64,000 bases of DNA from Macrostomum hystrix (taxonomy: Eukaryota; Animalia; Platyhelminthes): positions 12,338,001-12,402,000 of the forward strand of contig CATNEN010000001.1 in NCBI GenBank assembly GCA_950097015.1, given 5' to 3'. Shown here one piece after another: positions 1 to 12,505 of the stretch; the first letter of the stretch is position 1; every line of letters starts with the position of its first letter. Under the pieces are notes generated by a model. The model did no database searches. It was not told the origin of the DNA and saw only the letters and a list, made by a program, of their open reading frames with translations. The position numbers and the translations under genes are program-made.

Positions 1-485
1 TATGAGTGATCATTAATTCTTCATGTCCCCACTTCTTTACAGTATTCGAGCCCAGCTCGACTTTATGACCTCCCTCCTTTAGATACATGTAAATGTCACT
101 GTAGGCAGGTCGGCGCCTGCGCTTCCCATTGTCCTGACGGAGTAACAATTATTGGCCGTCTCCCGGCGGCTGCTCTCGAGGAGCATCTGTCGTTTCTCGC
201 CGTCGGTTCATTGGGTAATCGGGGCGGCCATCGCCGCTTCGATTCCCCGTTGACAGGCTGGCGCGAATGTGGGTTGCTTTGATGGATGTCGGGGTTGGCG
301 TGCTGCAGGACTATTTAAGGAAGCGCGCTGCGCTGCCCCTAGAACAACCTTTTTCCTTTCCTTTTCCCGGACCTATTCCTTTGCCGGGCCGGACTCCCAC
401 CGGACCCAGAGCACTATTCCGGACCCACGTAGGGCTTAGACCCTTGAGCCTTGAGCTCCGAGCAGATAGTACGGGCCAATTGCCC
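1..485 (+). mobile_element. Truncated copy (D) of the long 2.3-2.4 kb LTR-like family; window starts inside it
   Basis: Near-identical to 44082-44590 (TATGAGTGATCATTAATTC..., ATTGG boxes, CTATTTAAG TATA-like motif); similarity stops at ~485 where Helitron Rep sequence begins. Confidence 0.85.
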
Positions 486-489
486 GACG

Positions 490-2120
490 CCACCTGCCCA
501 GAAGGTAGTCCTTGATCTCGTCAACCATCTTGCGGTGCGCCGACTGACCGACAGTAGGGGCAGCAGTGCTGGCTGACACAGATGCAGCCTCTTGTCGGAC
601 TTAAAGGCAGCCATGTTGCTACCCTTGGTGATATATTTAACGACATACTTGATCGCCTTGACTGTCGCGCAGATCTCGACATTAAGGTGACAGCGAAACT
701 CGCGCAGCAGCGCTGGGCAGTACGGAACCACCCAGCGGTTGTCGAAGGTGAAATTAGCCTTCTGACCGCCGCGCAGCTTGGCCATCTTTGTCACCGAAAA
801 GCCGCCCAACTCGACAGATCTGCGGCAGTAGTGCGGGTAGCCGTCTTCTTCAATCCTTGTGGCTGCTAGGAATGCCCTCGGGTAGCGTTTGCTCCATGCA
901 CGGCGCCGCCGGGTTGAGCTGCTGGCCACACGGACTATGCAGCAGATTCTCGGCGACCAGCTTGTGCAAGTCCGCGTCGGCGACTGGGTCCGGGATCTCG
1001 GCGCTGATGATTGAGTCGTACTGGTCCAGCTTCAGCTTGTCGGCCAGCCACAGCAGAGCGTGCACGTGGGGAAGACCTGTTTTATTTAATGCGGAATCAC
1101 GGATTAAATATTGAATAACCTGTACTGTATACGCCAATTAGTAAATAAACTGCTTATATTTCATTCAATTATAAGAACATATCTTTGCCCCTACCTCGAT
1201 TCTGGTACTCGAGGGCACAGACTCCAACCAGCGTGTCCCCGAACAGATTCTTCAGCCTGTTGAGGAAGACCTTCTTCTTCAGCTCGAACACCCGGGCGGT
1301 GATGTCCAGCCGATCGACGGCAGTCTGGCCCGGAAGCAGCTCAGCCAGAATCTCGGGCCACTTGGGGTTACACGTCATCGTCAGGAACAGGTCTGGGCGG
1401 CCATAGGCGTGAACGTATGCCATGGCATCCTGCTGACGCTCAAGACGGTAACGTGGGCCTCCGACGTAGCTGGAGGTCAGGATGATATGCTTCCCGACTT
1501 CTTCCGGGTTGCCGTCGTCCTCGTGCAGCGCGTCTCGGAGACCGCGAAGACTCTCGGACTGCAGGTCTTTCTAGTGCTGCCGAATGAAGCTGAGGCGCTC
1601 GGATTCGATCTTGGCAACCTGGTCCACCAGGTACTGCTGGAAGAGCCGGCGACCGTACAGCAGGCTGTTGAACTGGCCTGGCCGCACCTGAATCATGAAG
1701 TCGTAGAACTTCATGTTGGTGATGCCGCGATCCTGCTTGAGCCCAATGTGCCAGCCGTCCTCACCGAAGGGGAATAGGAGCAAATACTGCAACGGATCAT
1801 AGGAGCGGTGGGTCTCGCAGATATCTTGCAGGCCTGCGAATGAGTAAAAATAGAATTACGAAGTAAGGAAATAATCAAGAATCTGGAAAGAAATTAGCTC
1901 TAGGGGAGAAAGAAATTTTGCGGCTCCTATAAATTAATTGCATCTATTTCATAAAAGCCATAATTGCAGTAAATTAACAATGTGGCTGTCGATGCCATAG
2001 AACTCACCACCATCTCTCAGACGCAAGATCACATCCCGTCGCTGCTCCTGGATTACGCCTTCATCATCGCCAAAGTCCGTTAGGATGCCAACTTCACTGC
2101 ACTCGGGCAAGTTGAAGCGC
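490..2120 (-). pseudogene. Helitron Rep (HUH endonuclease) exons
   Basis: Exons ~2008-2120, 1195-1833, ~490-1076 carry the motifs above; ORF track 414-929, 850-1137, 1169-1423, 1571-1792. Confidence 0.92.
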
Positions 2121-2126
2121 CGGACA

Positions 2127-2346
2127 GAGAAGAATCGCTGGGACAAAGAAATGCTCAGAATGCTAGACAGTATGGGGACTTCAAGCGGGTGGAGGGAATC
2201 GATCGCTCGGAAGCTAGTTAAAGCTGTTATTTTTGGTAAGAGAAAGTTGGGGTTGGGGCTTGGCAGCTGTTTGGGGGTGGAATTATTACTGCATGCGCCA
2301 AATAAAGAATTAGGATAACTGCTGAAAGAGCTGGGGGTTGAGAAGG
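2127..2346 (+). mobile_element. Fragment of a second Polinton PLA2X gene (3' part) inside the Helitron intron
   Basis: Encodes EKNRWDKEMLRMLDSMGTSSGWRESIARKLVKAVIFGKRKLGLG, nearly identical to the minus-strand frame at 26533-26750. Confidence 0.9.
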
Positions 2347-2432
2347 CTGGCGGTTTAAGCAAGGAACTAAATGGGTGATTTTGAAGCTGGGCAAGGGGCA
2401 AGGGATCCTTGAGCTGGGCAAGCTTTTTCCCC

Positions 2433-2560
2433 ATGCTGCGCATGATTTTTACGAACGTTCGTCAAATTAATGCAACCAACAAAAGCCGCTTTATGCTGCG
2501 CATGATTTTTACGAACGTTCGTGAAATTAATGCACCCAATAAGAGCCGCTTTCGTGCGCT
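2433..2560. repeat. 60-bp tandem repeat (~2.2 copies) with palindrome ACGAACGTTCGT
   Basis: Perfect 12-bp palindromes at 2451-2462 and 2511-2522 flanked by TTTT and (C/G)AAA. Confidence 0.9.
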
Positions 2561-4642
2561 TTGAAAGATATATATGCTTCAACTAATAGATACAGCTTAA
2601 ATGAATACTGAAGGCGAAAAATGCCAGTACAAATAAGAGTATATTAAGAGTTTTTACCACACTGAATGCGCAGAATAATGAGAAAAAAGCCAACACTATT
2701 TAACATAGATAATAGTCATTCAAAAGTCAATACTTCGTCTTGATCAATTCAAGGCCTCCATTGTGGCCGCTTCGTCTTCTTCTATGCCTAAATTTTTTTG
2801 TTTGTTCGACTTGTTTTTTTGTTTTATACAAATTTTCTTTTAGAATTTGCAACAAAAATGTTATGTAGCTCGTACTTACTTTCTCCATACCAGCACTTGA
2901 TATCCTCATATTGTTCATCCAGGGAAATACCCTCGATTTGCATCTTCAATATGTCAGCAAAGAGTTCATCGATTTTTGCTTTCTCTTCAATCACTGATTT
3001 CTAGCGAAGCAGGGTTCCCATTGTGTAGCTTGAAAATATTAGACAAGCTATTAGACAAGACCTAAGTATGTGATATAGAGAGTAAAATTTGTCGTAGTCT
3101 CCCAATGTTCGCTTGCTGATGTTAAAAGTGGTGGCGAGCTCTTCCAAATTCATTTTGTGCTTGTAGACCAAAACTTGAATTAAGCGCCCTGTTCAAACTG
3201 CATCATGGCATTAGCACTTGACAGGTTCTGGTTAGAATAGGTCAGCTTCATTAACCTCGCTTCCAAGTCTCCTCCATAGTTGCGGCATACTGATCTGAGC
3301 TTTATTTTATTGTGTTTCGATTTTGCAACAGCAAAAAGTGCAAATAACTTTTCTGGACGACCTTCTGGCGCGCTAGGACCGGCGCCATTCGACTCAGGTT
3401 GCCGAAATCTATAAGAACATGTTCGCATAAGCGTGAAAGCCACTCTGCAAAATGCCAAATTGCCGACTGCAACTTGTAATCGAGGTTCACTTCTCAAATT
3501 CACGCCAGACCAAGCTGCTCCCGGTAAAGATTCTGCAAGTAAGTTAGGTGCTCCCGCAACTTACAACTAATCAAAACTACTCGAGCCGCTGAGCAGTTCA
3601 GCATTGCACTGAGAGCTAAACTGGACGACTGATCAAATACTGGAGTCTTTACAGTAGAATCTCCAATACTGGAGTTCAATCTGGAGTCTAATATCCGCTC
3701 CAGTCCAATATCATCTGTCCAAGTCCAATCTCATGTCAGACAGAAGTCCAATCTCATCTCCGCTTAACCATGTGCGTAGCTAAAAAATTAACACGAAAAC
3801 AGTACATCAATTTTACGAACTTGTCTTAGCTTTACACTTTTAAGAAAAAAGAAAAAAAAACAAGCTATTAAATGCAATGCTATTGGAGCACGATTTTTTA
3901 CTTTAACTTTTACATGTTTTAACACTTGATTTAAAATTACAATAACTTCATTTAAAATATATACGATTATGTGGCTTTTATAAAAGGATTATGAGTAAGA
4001 ATAGAATAGTAAAAATGCAACCTGACTAATAATGCACTATTTAAGCCGTACAAAAATTCATAAAAACACCAAACAGCAATTCCTGATAAGTTGGCATGCC
4101 AGCTGAAATTTTAATTGCTGTATAAATTTGTTGGATTCGTGAATCACTCCTCCCAGGTTAGCTATTCCCATAGCGACTCCCAGGGCTGGCTGTAGAAAAC
4201 TAAGACGTGTCTTAAACTGAATTTCTTTGCTGAATCGGCATCAGCATATACGCAATATCGAATTTCGAATAAATGAGAAACTGCTTAAGTTGCTAGTAGC
4301 CAGCTAGACTGCTTATAAAAAAGTTAGCTACCCCAAGTAAACTGGCAACAGTTAAGTCGCGGAATCTTAATTTCATATTGAAAATTCATTTACTGTTGAA
4401 ACGTAATTAAATTAAAGATGTCGGACCCTGCCTTGGAAATTATTTATTTTCGCTTGTCAGCATAAGGAAACGTAACATATAAAGGCATATAACATATAAC
4501 ATATGGCGCGTTGGCCACGGATAGTGTTAGCGTTAGCGCTTGGGACGTTTGTTTCCGCCTCCTTGATCTTCATTCGTCCGCCTCCGCCGCAGCGTGTATC
4601 TCGAAGGCCCAGGTCCGTTTCGCGAAGGGCCGGCGCTGGCGG

Positions 4643-4838
4643 CTGCCTCGCCGTGGGCGGCGTCTGCCTCGCCTTGGGCGGCTGCTGCCTCGCCTTGGGC
4701 GTCTGGCTCGCCGTGGGTGGCGTCTGTCTCGCCGTGGGCGGCGTCTGCCTCGCCTTGGGCATCTGCCTCGCCGTGGGCGGCGTCTGACTCGCCGAGGGCG
4801 GCGTCTGCCTTGCCTTGGGCATCTGCCTCGCCGTGGGA
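4643..4838. repeat. GC-rich 18/21-bp minisatellite (GCCTCGCCGTGGGCGGCGTCT)
   Basis: About 10 units; generates the repetitive ORFs at 4457-4865. Confidence 0.9.
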
Positions 4839-7795
4839 CGTAAAATTATAAGAAGTAAAATTCAAAGTCTAAGTTAAAACTAAAGTTAAACATGACACCA
4901 CTACACATATAAAGTGGCCTCAATTTATATATTTTGGTACATTTCTAGTATACAATGTAAAAAGTATAAAATAAAAGTTCTAGAAATAGTCTGTCTTAGC
5001 TCTTAGTCTTAGGTCACTGATTGATAAGAAATTATAAAAGTGAAGTAAAGATTTACTCTTTCTATGCTAAATAAATAAATACTATTTTACTTCTATCTGA
5101 ATAGGTCTGATTTAGGGCTACAGTTAACAAAGATAGACATGTTGGCAGCCAGATTCAAATGCATAAAAATCAACATCGCACTGGGAGCTAAACTGGACGA
5201 CCGATCCAATACTGGAGTCTTTACAGTAGAAACTCCAATATTGTAGTCCATATGGTAGAAACTCAAATATTGAAGAATTATGCCCTCTATGCTTAAACTT
5301 TAAAACTGCAGATATCAAACCAATCTATTCCCACCTCGCTCCCTACTACTGGTTATTGTTACTGTTAATAATTATAATGAAATAATGTCAAATACTAACC
5401 CATTCCTTGAGTTTTTCAAGAACTCTACGTGTTCTAAGCAAGCTCTAAAAGTTTCAGGTCCCCGCAAATAAAGATAGTATTTTGTAATGCAAGTTGTACT
5501 AGACAAAAATTGAACATTAAAAAAGACAAACTACACACAAAATAAACTAGGTTGACAAAAATGATTATACTCTTTCTTTACTGAGACGAAGCGCCAAAAG
5601 AGAAAGGGCGCAAAAGGAGACAACGCCTCATTGACTTAATTCAACTCACAATCGACGTGCTTTTACGTGCGAAAACATTTTTTAACCTCCATAGCCGCAA
5701 GTTGAGACCTTCGGAAATTGCACCCAGAGACAACTTTACACCGCGACTCTCATTCTCTTCCAGCTTCGCGTATATACTTGCAATGAAATAATTCTCTCTC
5801 GCTCTCTTCCTTTTTCCTGGGAAGCGCCCTCTTCTTATTCGGAACACCTTCAAGCTTTTCCAAGCTCGCCTGAAACCTTACCAACTCTTCTACCAAGTCT
5901 GCTTCCAATTGCCGACCTTTCTTTAGATGACAGTGAGACCGCCAGTTCGGCAATCGTTGCAATTCTTGTCTCTTTTGACAAGGCCATGATAAACCGTATT
6001 CCGTTTATTGAAAAAAGTTTCGGCTTGACTTATGGCGGAGTTCTCATGCGGCTATTCAACACCTTCCTTTTAGTAGCGTACTAGCAAGTTTTCCCCCCTT
6101 CGGGGAGCAGAAATATTTTTCATTCGTCCAGTTGACAGTTGACAATAATCCGCCCGTCGACAATGATCCCACAGTTGACAATGATCCCCAGCACAACTAT
6201 ATCTCTGTGAACAAATAAATACTAATCGAAATATAATATTAATAACGATTCCGATCTTCACTAAGGTGCCGCATTAAAGTCTTAACGATACTGAAATAAT
6301 TTAAACGGCCGACTTCACAACTCTCTTTATTACAAATCATAAAATCAAGATTAGTTTTACGAAACTCTTAAATTGAACAAATAAATATAACAGATTCTTT
6401 TCTTATTCCACATACTCCTAAAAAGGACTGCAATTATAAGCAAATATGCACATACTACTTTGAATACACTGTCTAATGATGTTGCTATAGTTAGTTGCTA
6501 TAATACTTTTTTAAATGACAAAGTTCTTAGAAGACGGCGGAACCTATGTTAATACATCTAGTCAGTATAATGAAATATAAACAGAGCTGTCTTTATATGC
6601 ACGTACTTAAGAAATTTAGTGCGACAGTTACTTTTTTAATGTCTTGAGCTGACTCGTAATTATGAGCATAAGGGAATCAATAAATAGCATAAATTGCTTG
6701 GCTTAATTTTTGCCTACTTGACAAGTGAAATGGTCAATTTTGCTGTATTGTCGTTTCAGCTATACTCTAGACCAGCAATTGTTGACCTTATGCACAACAC
6801 GTTTGTTTCTCAATTATAGCCTATGCTTTTTCTATATAACATAATCTGCTGGATGTATAAAATCTTGAAAACTTAATAATTTAATCATCATATGAGTACT
6901 GTGTAGCTAATGGAAAATGCTTTATTAAAGCTTCAATGTTCAGATATTATTTTGAAAATCTTTATGACGCCTGAATATCAGAAACTGATGTATTTTGTAT
7001 GCTTATGTTTTAAATTGTCGCGTCTTTGCCGTGCCACACTAAATAAGCACGGTAATATTCCCGTATGCACGCAACCTTTCCCTTTATGCATGTAATGTTC
7101 TGCAAGTAAGTAATCACTTTTACTATATAGAACCATTTTATTCCTCTTCCATATGCAAAATGCTTGCCAATTGTTGGTGTCAATGGGCAAACAAAATAGC
7201 CTTCAATCTGGCTTACAATGCAATGTACAGCCGACGATATGTAATGCACTTTGCTGAAGCGTCTGCCCAGGGACTTCTATATATAGCAATCTGGACTGGA
7301 AACGCCCAGCCCGCATCTACCTTAGTGTGGCAACCATTGCCAACAAATGTATGAGAAACCAGTGGGAAATCTATCTTTTTGGGGGGTCTAGTGACCGACT
7401 TCAATCACATCGGTGGCCAAAACGATTCGAATTGAGATGTTACTGCAATGAATAAAGTAATCTCAGCCTCATTATTAGATAATATAGGCCTATGTTAACA
7501 TAGATAACAAGGCAGTTGCCAAAAGCCTTGGCCAGGCCTGCCTTCTCATCGTGGCCGTGTGTGCCGGCTGAGGTCGCGCTTGCGTTTTCCTTTTGAGGGC
7601 GACTTGAGCACTTGAGCACGAATACACGCTGGCGGGTCGTCGAGGCCGATTCAGTCCCCGAAGTCGAGTCAATATACTCCCACGGCCCACCGCAGAAGTA
7701 GCATCCTGCGAATGGACCGCCCCGGGGTCCGGTGCGACGTCGACCGCCTCGTCCTGGCGCGCCGCTGTTGAAATAATTGTTTATATGCATACCGT

Positions 7796-7895
7796 TGTAT
7801 GCAGATGTATACTATGTAGATGTATGCAGATGTACTATGCAGTACTATGCAGATGTATGCAGATGTATAGTATGTATACTATGAAGTAGTATGCA
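7796..7895. repeat. Degenerate (GTATGCAGAT)n microsatellite
   Basis: Directly visible tandem units. Confidence 0.75.
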
Positions 7896-8125
7896 GAGCT
7901 TGTGACTACGAGGATTCCAACCTCGTTTGCCGTAAGGAGATTGTATCGCCTGAGTGTGAACAGACATTGACTTTAATTTGCATATTTGAGATCATCAAAT
8001 TGCTACGGGCCTATGCTCGTATTATGATTAAAATGAAATAATTTGAAGATTCGACTAAAACTATGATTAAAATGATATAATTTGAAGATTCGACTAAAAT
8101 ATCTATACTTAAAAATGCTGCTTAC

Positions 8126-8542
8126 CGAATATGTTCACCAGCCGGACGTCGATCTGGGTAAATCACAATCCGTGCGTCGCACAGCTGAGGATCTTCGCTC
8201 ATCCGCTGCGCTACAGCTCTCAGACTCCGCACATAGGAATTGCACTCGTGAAGCAATCCTTGCAGCAACTGCAGCAGCTCAGGCTTCACTCTTTGGCTGA
8301 GGCTGAGGCGGCTTTCGAGCTCGCGGTCCATAAAGTACACCTGCCAGCCCCTAGGCACATTCGGAGCATCAGCTAGCAGCGGCGTAGTGTTGTGGTAAAG
8401 CTTGCCGCTGATCACAAAGCTCGGGTTCTAACCACCTAGTGTGGGTCGCAGATCAGCGCCGAATGCGCCGCAGAACTTGCACACTGAGTTTAGGCGGCCA
8501 CAATGATGGGTCGGAACTTCTGCTCTTGGCTGGCCGGAGTTC
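8126..8542 (-). pseudogene. Helitron Rep N-terminal exon
   Basis: FVISGKLYHNTTPLL...QVYFMD...LHECNSYV...GEHIR; the GTAAG donor at 8125 joins to RFNLPECSEVG at 2120. Confidence 0.85.
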
Positions 8543-8797
8543 CTGCGATAAATTTTAGGCAGAGCGTAATTTCACTAAGTTATTATTATTTTCCTGTTCA
8601 CTGACATTTTAGAGTAAATTAAAGTATAAAATTATATGCCACTACGGCATAGAAAAATGCGGACAAAGAGTGAAAGTCTCTAGAAGCAGCAGACCTGATT
8701 AAACGTTTGTGGTTCAGTTATCTAATCCGTGTACATTATCGGGATGATTATGTAGAGTAAATACTTGTAAAGTATGATCCCACCCTTCAGAAATTAC

Positions 8798-9402
8798 CTC
8801 TGCTGAGTTTCCGCTTCGGCTCCAGCTCGAGTCTCCGCACGAGCGCCTGGAGCAGAAGCAACAGCAGCTGAGCCAGCAGGTCTATTGCGCCAGTTGACTC
8901 TGATCCTTGCAGCAGGTGCTCTGCTTGCAGCAGGAAGGGGGAACTCCTGGTCCTCTATTCCCTGCACAAGATCTCGAATTCTCAGAGATTCATAGTGCTC
9001 ATTGCTCAGAAGCAGGCGCACAACAGCAAGAGGAGGCTGTGCGAATGAGATAGAGTGCTGCAGCACAATGCCATCGCGCTGGTAAATTACCAGGTCTACC
9101 TGAAAGCAGCGACTTAACAGGGGTACAATTTCATCAGGCACATAGGTTCCCTCTGTAAATGAAGCTTCGATTATGGCATCCGTATTCTCGGGTGAAACAA
9201 AGCCTTCGGCAATCAGCTGTGGCATCAGCTCTGCTGCACGGCTTGACAAATTGTGCCTCAATGAAGCAGCATCGGTTTTAAGTGCGGTGCCTCGCAGCTG
9301 ATCAGAAACAGCATGAAAAAAGCAATTTCCATCACCGGCTATGGGAACTATGCGCAATTGATGAAAAGGTACATGAGCCGCTGCTGCTGGCTCAAAGTTT
9401 TC
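8798..9402 (-). CDS. OTU-family cysteine protease exon of the Helitron
   Basis: IAGDGNCFFHAVSDQL catalytic Cys loop and NEHYESL His loop; flanked by AG and GTAATT splice sites. Confidence 0.88.
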
Positions 9403-9969
9403 CTGTCTAAAATTGAGAGGGAAAATGGTGATTAAAGATATGTAAGCGGCTGAAATGATATAGTGAACATGTTTCTGCAGGTCTTACTTTAGTATTCTTA
9501 AATTAAATAAACCTGCTTAATTAATTAATCTTAATATCAATATAATTATTAATATCATCAATCTTAAACTTAATTAATATTTAAATTTTGTCTTAGCAGC
9601 TGTATTTTCAGCTTTTTTAAAGATACAATGATCCCCCAGTTGACAATGATCCCCAGTTAAGGACTTGTCTTGATGTGTATTTTACATAAGCTTAATGTGT
9701 ATCAGACGCAACATTTTTCCTTTCCGATGTAATTCTGCAAGATTTCCGAATGAAACATAGTGTTCCCAAAGCAATTTTTCGCAACTTCTCGTAGTAAGCG
9801 AATGGTAAATCAAACGTATAATATGAAATACAGAAAGATGCAATCGTCATCTATGCAAAAAGGAAAGAGACCAGAGAAAAACGGAACACTATAAATAAAA
9901 AAGCTGAAGTAAACGTCATCCATCAGTGCAGACTTAACTCGAAACCCAAATGCTTCGACGACGTAATAC

Positions 9970-10160
9970 TAGTAGTAGCTCAGCCTCGAGACGATCCAAA
10001 CGCTCAGATCCTGTTTCGGAAGCACGGCGGTCAGCTTCTCGCTGCCGCATGTCCTCCAGGCGGGCAGCTCTCTCGGCGTCAGTCTCGCAGGCCCGGTGCT
10101 CTGCGTCCCGCTGCCGTCGTGTTTCCAAACGGGCCTCGCGCTCAGCGCTAGTTTCTTAGC
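9970..10160 (-). pseudogene. STPR-like repeat exon (Helitron N-terminus)
   Basis: 23-aa periodic ETxxERxxRLExxRQRxAxxRA repeats. Confidence 0.7.
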
Positions 10161-10629
10161 GTCGCCTTTTTTGCCTCACGGCTTTTCTTTAAATGACTTG
10201 CTCCACGTCGACCCATAGCTATTACTCAGTAAGTACGGATGGAAATATTCTAAATATTTTCTTCAAAATACTGCACTTTTAATTTTTCGAATCTCAGCAA
10301 AGCAATTATAGGCCCGAATTCAGCGTTCCTAGCTCTTTTGAGCAATATAAAACTATCTTCAAAATAACAAAAGCTCTAAGCACAAACTAAAAGTTTGTAC
10401 ATCCGAGTAAGGTGTACAAGGGAGAGAATGTACACCTTATCATCAGCCCAAACGATAAAACATTTATGCTTTAGAGCTTCAACTAATCAAATCAATTCAA
10501 TGAATCATCAATGAAACTAAAATAGTGGCCTGAGGGGTGTTGCGCTATGCTTAACTATATGCTATGCTATGCTATGCCTACATTGCTATAGTGGGGCAAA
10601 GGGCTAGGCTATGATGCAATACCAATTTA

Positions 10630-11440
10630 TCGGCAGTCAGAATAATGCTTCTCAATTGGAATGGACTGCTTGACCTTTAATAAAAGGGCCTAAAATCGAG
10701 TTTTTCGAACATTTAATCCCTAAAAATGAAGCAATTTCTTAGCAAAAATTACTTGTACCAGCGCGCAAACAGTACGTATCGAATGTAGAAAACCCCACGA
10801 AATTTGGTCCACGCAGTGTCAAGGTAATCCAAGATTCCTATTTGGCATCGCCGGTTTTGCAATGATTTAAACTCTGGTTAGCTATGATTCAAACGCTGGT
10901 TCAGCTACGATTCAAACTCTCGTTTTGCCATGATTCAAACTATGGTTTCGCCATGCAAAAGTTAATTAAAAGTTTTCCCTTAATTTTCAAAATTATTAAA
11001 AAATTTAGCGCTTTGCATCCATCACTACTGTCTGACACTTATTTTAAATGATTTGACGCAGTGCAGAGTCGAACCAGGGACACTTCGCCTAGCTTAGCCT
11101 AACCTATTCGTAGTGCCTACACATCGGCTACTCCGACTCTTGGATTGTGGATGCAAAAATTAGCCTTATAAAATGAATTCTTAAAGTTCTGGCTTTGTAC
11201 AATGAAGTAAGAAAATAGAGCACACTCAGTCTCGCGGTTGGTTGTGTTCATTTATTTCAATTTTGTCTCCAGAGTGCAGGCTTCAAATTTAATCAGCTAG
11301 GGGTTGTTGCGCAATTTGACGATGTAATTCTAATTCAGTGGCAGTGATAAAATTCTCAATAGGCCAAGATGGTTTGACCTTTAAAAAAATGGGCAAAAAT
11401 CATCCTCTTCGGGGAGCAGAAATATTTTTAATTCGTCTAG
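10630..11440 (+). mobile_element. Non-autonomous Helitron-like repeat unit (second, permuted copy at 12640-12979 plus 22132-22428)
   Basis: Ends CTC-TTCG-GGGAG hairpin ... TTCGTCTAG|T at 11440 (same end motif at 6095-6131); contains 22-bp repeats and a tRNA-like segment; provides a paralogous empty site (11246-11270) for the Gypsy insertion. Confidence 0.55.
11055..11137 (-). other. tRNA-derived pseudo-tRNA/SINE-head-like segment (second copy 12785-12869)
   Basis: Minus strand GTCGGAGTAGCCGATGTGTAGGC (A-box-like) ... GGTTCGACTC (B-box); no clean acceptor stem or anticodon arm. Confidence 0.55.
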
Positions 11441-11478
11441 TATATACTTATTAGCTGAATTTAAAGCTTTTTAAAGCT

Positions 11479-12505
11479 ATAATGATCCCCCAGTGAACAA
11501 TGATCCCCCAGTTGACAATGATCCCCCAGTTGACATTGATCACCCAGTTGACAATGATCCCCCAGTTTACAATGTTCCCCCAGTTGACAATGATCCCCCA
11601 GTTGACAATGATCCTCCAGTTGACAATGTTCCCCAGTTGACAATGATTCCCCAGTTCACAATGATCCCCCAGTTCATGATAATCACCCAGTTGATGATGA
11701 CCCCCAGTTGGCCATAATCCCCCAGTTGACAATGATCCACCAGTTGACAATAATCCCACAGTTCAATGATCCCCCAGTTGAGAATGATCACCCAGTTGAC
11801 AATGATACCCCAGTTGATGATGATCACCCAGTTCACAATGATCCCCCCAGTTGACAATGATCCCCCAGTTGATGATGATCACCCAGTTCACAATGATCCC
11901 CCCAGTTGACAATGATCCCCCAGTTGACAATGATCCTCCAGTTGACAATGTTCCCCAGTTGACAATGATTCCCCAGTTCACAATGATCCCCCAGTTCATG
12001 ATAATCACCCAGTTGATGATGACCCCCAGTTGGCCATAATCCCCCAGTTGACAATGATCCACCAGTTGACAATAATCCCACAGTTCAATGATCCCCCAGT
12101 TGAGAATGATCCCCCAGTTGATGATGATCACCCAGTTCACAATGATCCCCTCAGTTGACAATGATCCCCCAGTTGATGATGATCACCCAGTTGACAATCA
12201 TCCCCCAGTTGACAATGATCACCCAGTTGACAATGATTCCCCATTTGATGATGACTCCCCATTGATGTTGATCCCCAGTTGACAATGATCCCCCATTGAT
12301 AATGATCCCCCATTTGATGATCACTTCCCATTGATGATGATCCCCCATTTGATGATCACTTCCCATTGATGATGATCCCCAGTTGAGAATGATCCCCCAG
12401 TTGACAATGATCCCCCAGGTGACAATTATCCCCCAGTTGACCATGATCCCCCATTGGATGACGACTCCCCATTTATGATGATCCCCAGTTGACAATGTTC
12501 CCCAG
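11479..12505. repeat. 18-bp minisatellite (TGACAATGATCCCCCAGT)n, >50 units with a higher-order duplicated block
   Basis: Direct tandem units; block 11580-11850 recurs at 11905-12150; short satellites of the same unit at 6130-6190 and 9625-9658. Confidence 0.95.

Larger units (their letters stand above)
490..10160 (-). mobile_element. Decayed intron-containing Helitron (STPR repeats - OTU protease - Rep); helicase not seen in window
   Basis: Rep motifs PDLFLTMTCNPKWPEI, EYQNR/GLPHVHALLW (HUH), KYVVKYITKG (Y2), DNRWVVPY, YDPLQYLLLFPFGEDGW; GT-AG introns 1077-1194 and 1834-2007 restore the frame; internal stop (~1571) and frameshift (~890). Confidence 0.92.

Noticed and set aside
7160-7404. PIF1 helicase C-terminus (FPLV...LYIAL)
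   Set aside because: No KSQG motif, wrong position relative to Rep, similarity too weak.
11055-11137. Functional tRNA gene
   Set aside because: Acceptor stem and anticodon arm do not form; embedded in a repeat.
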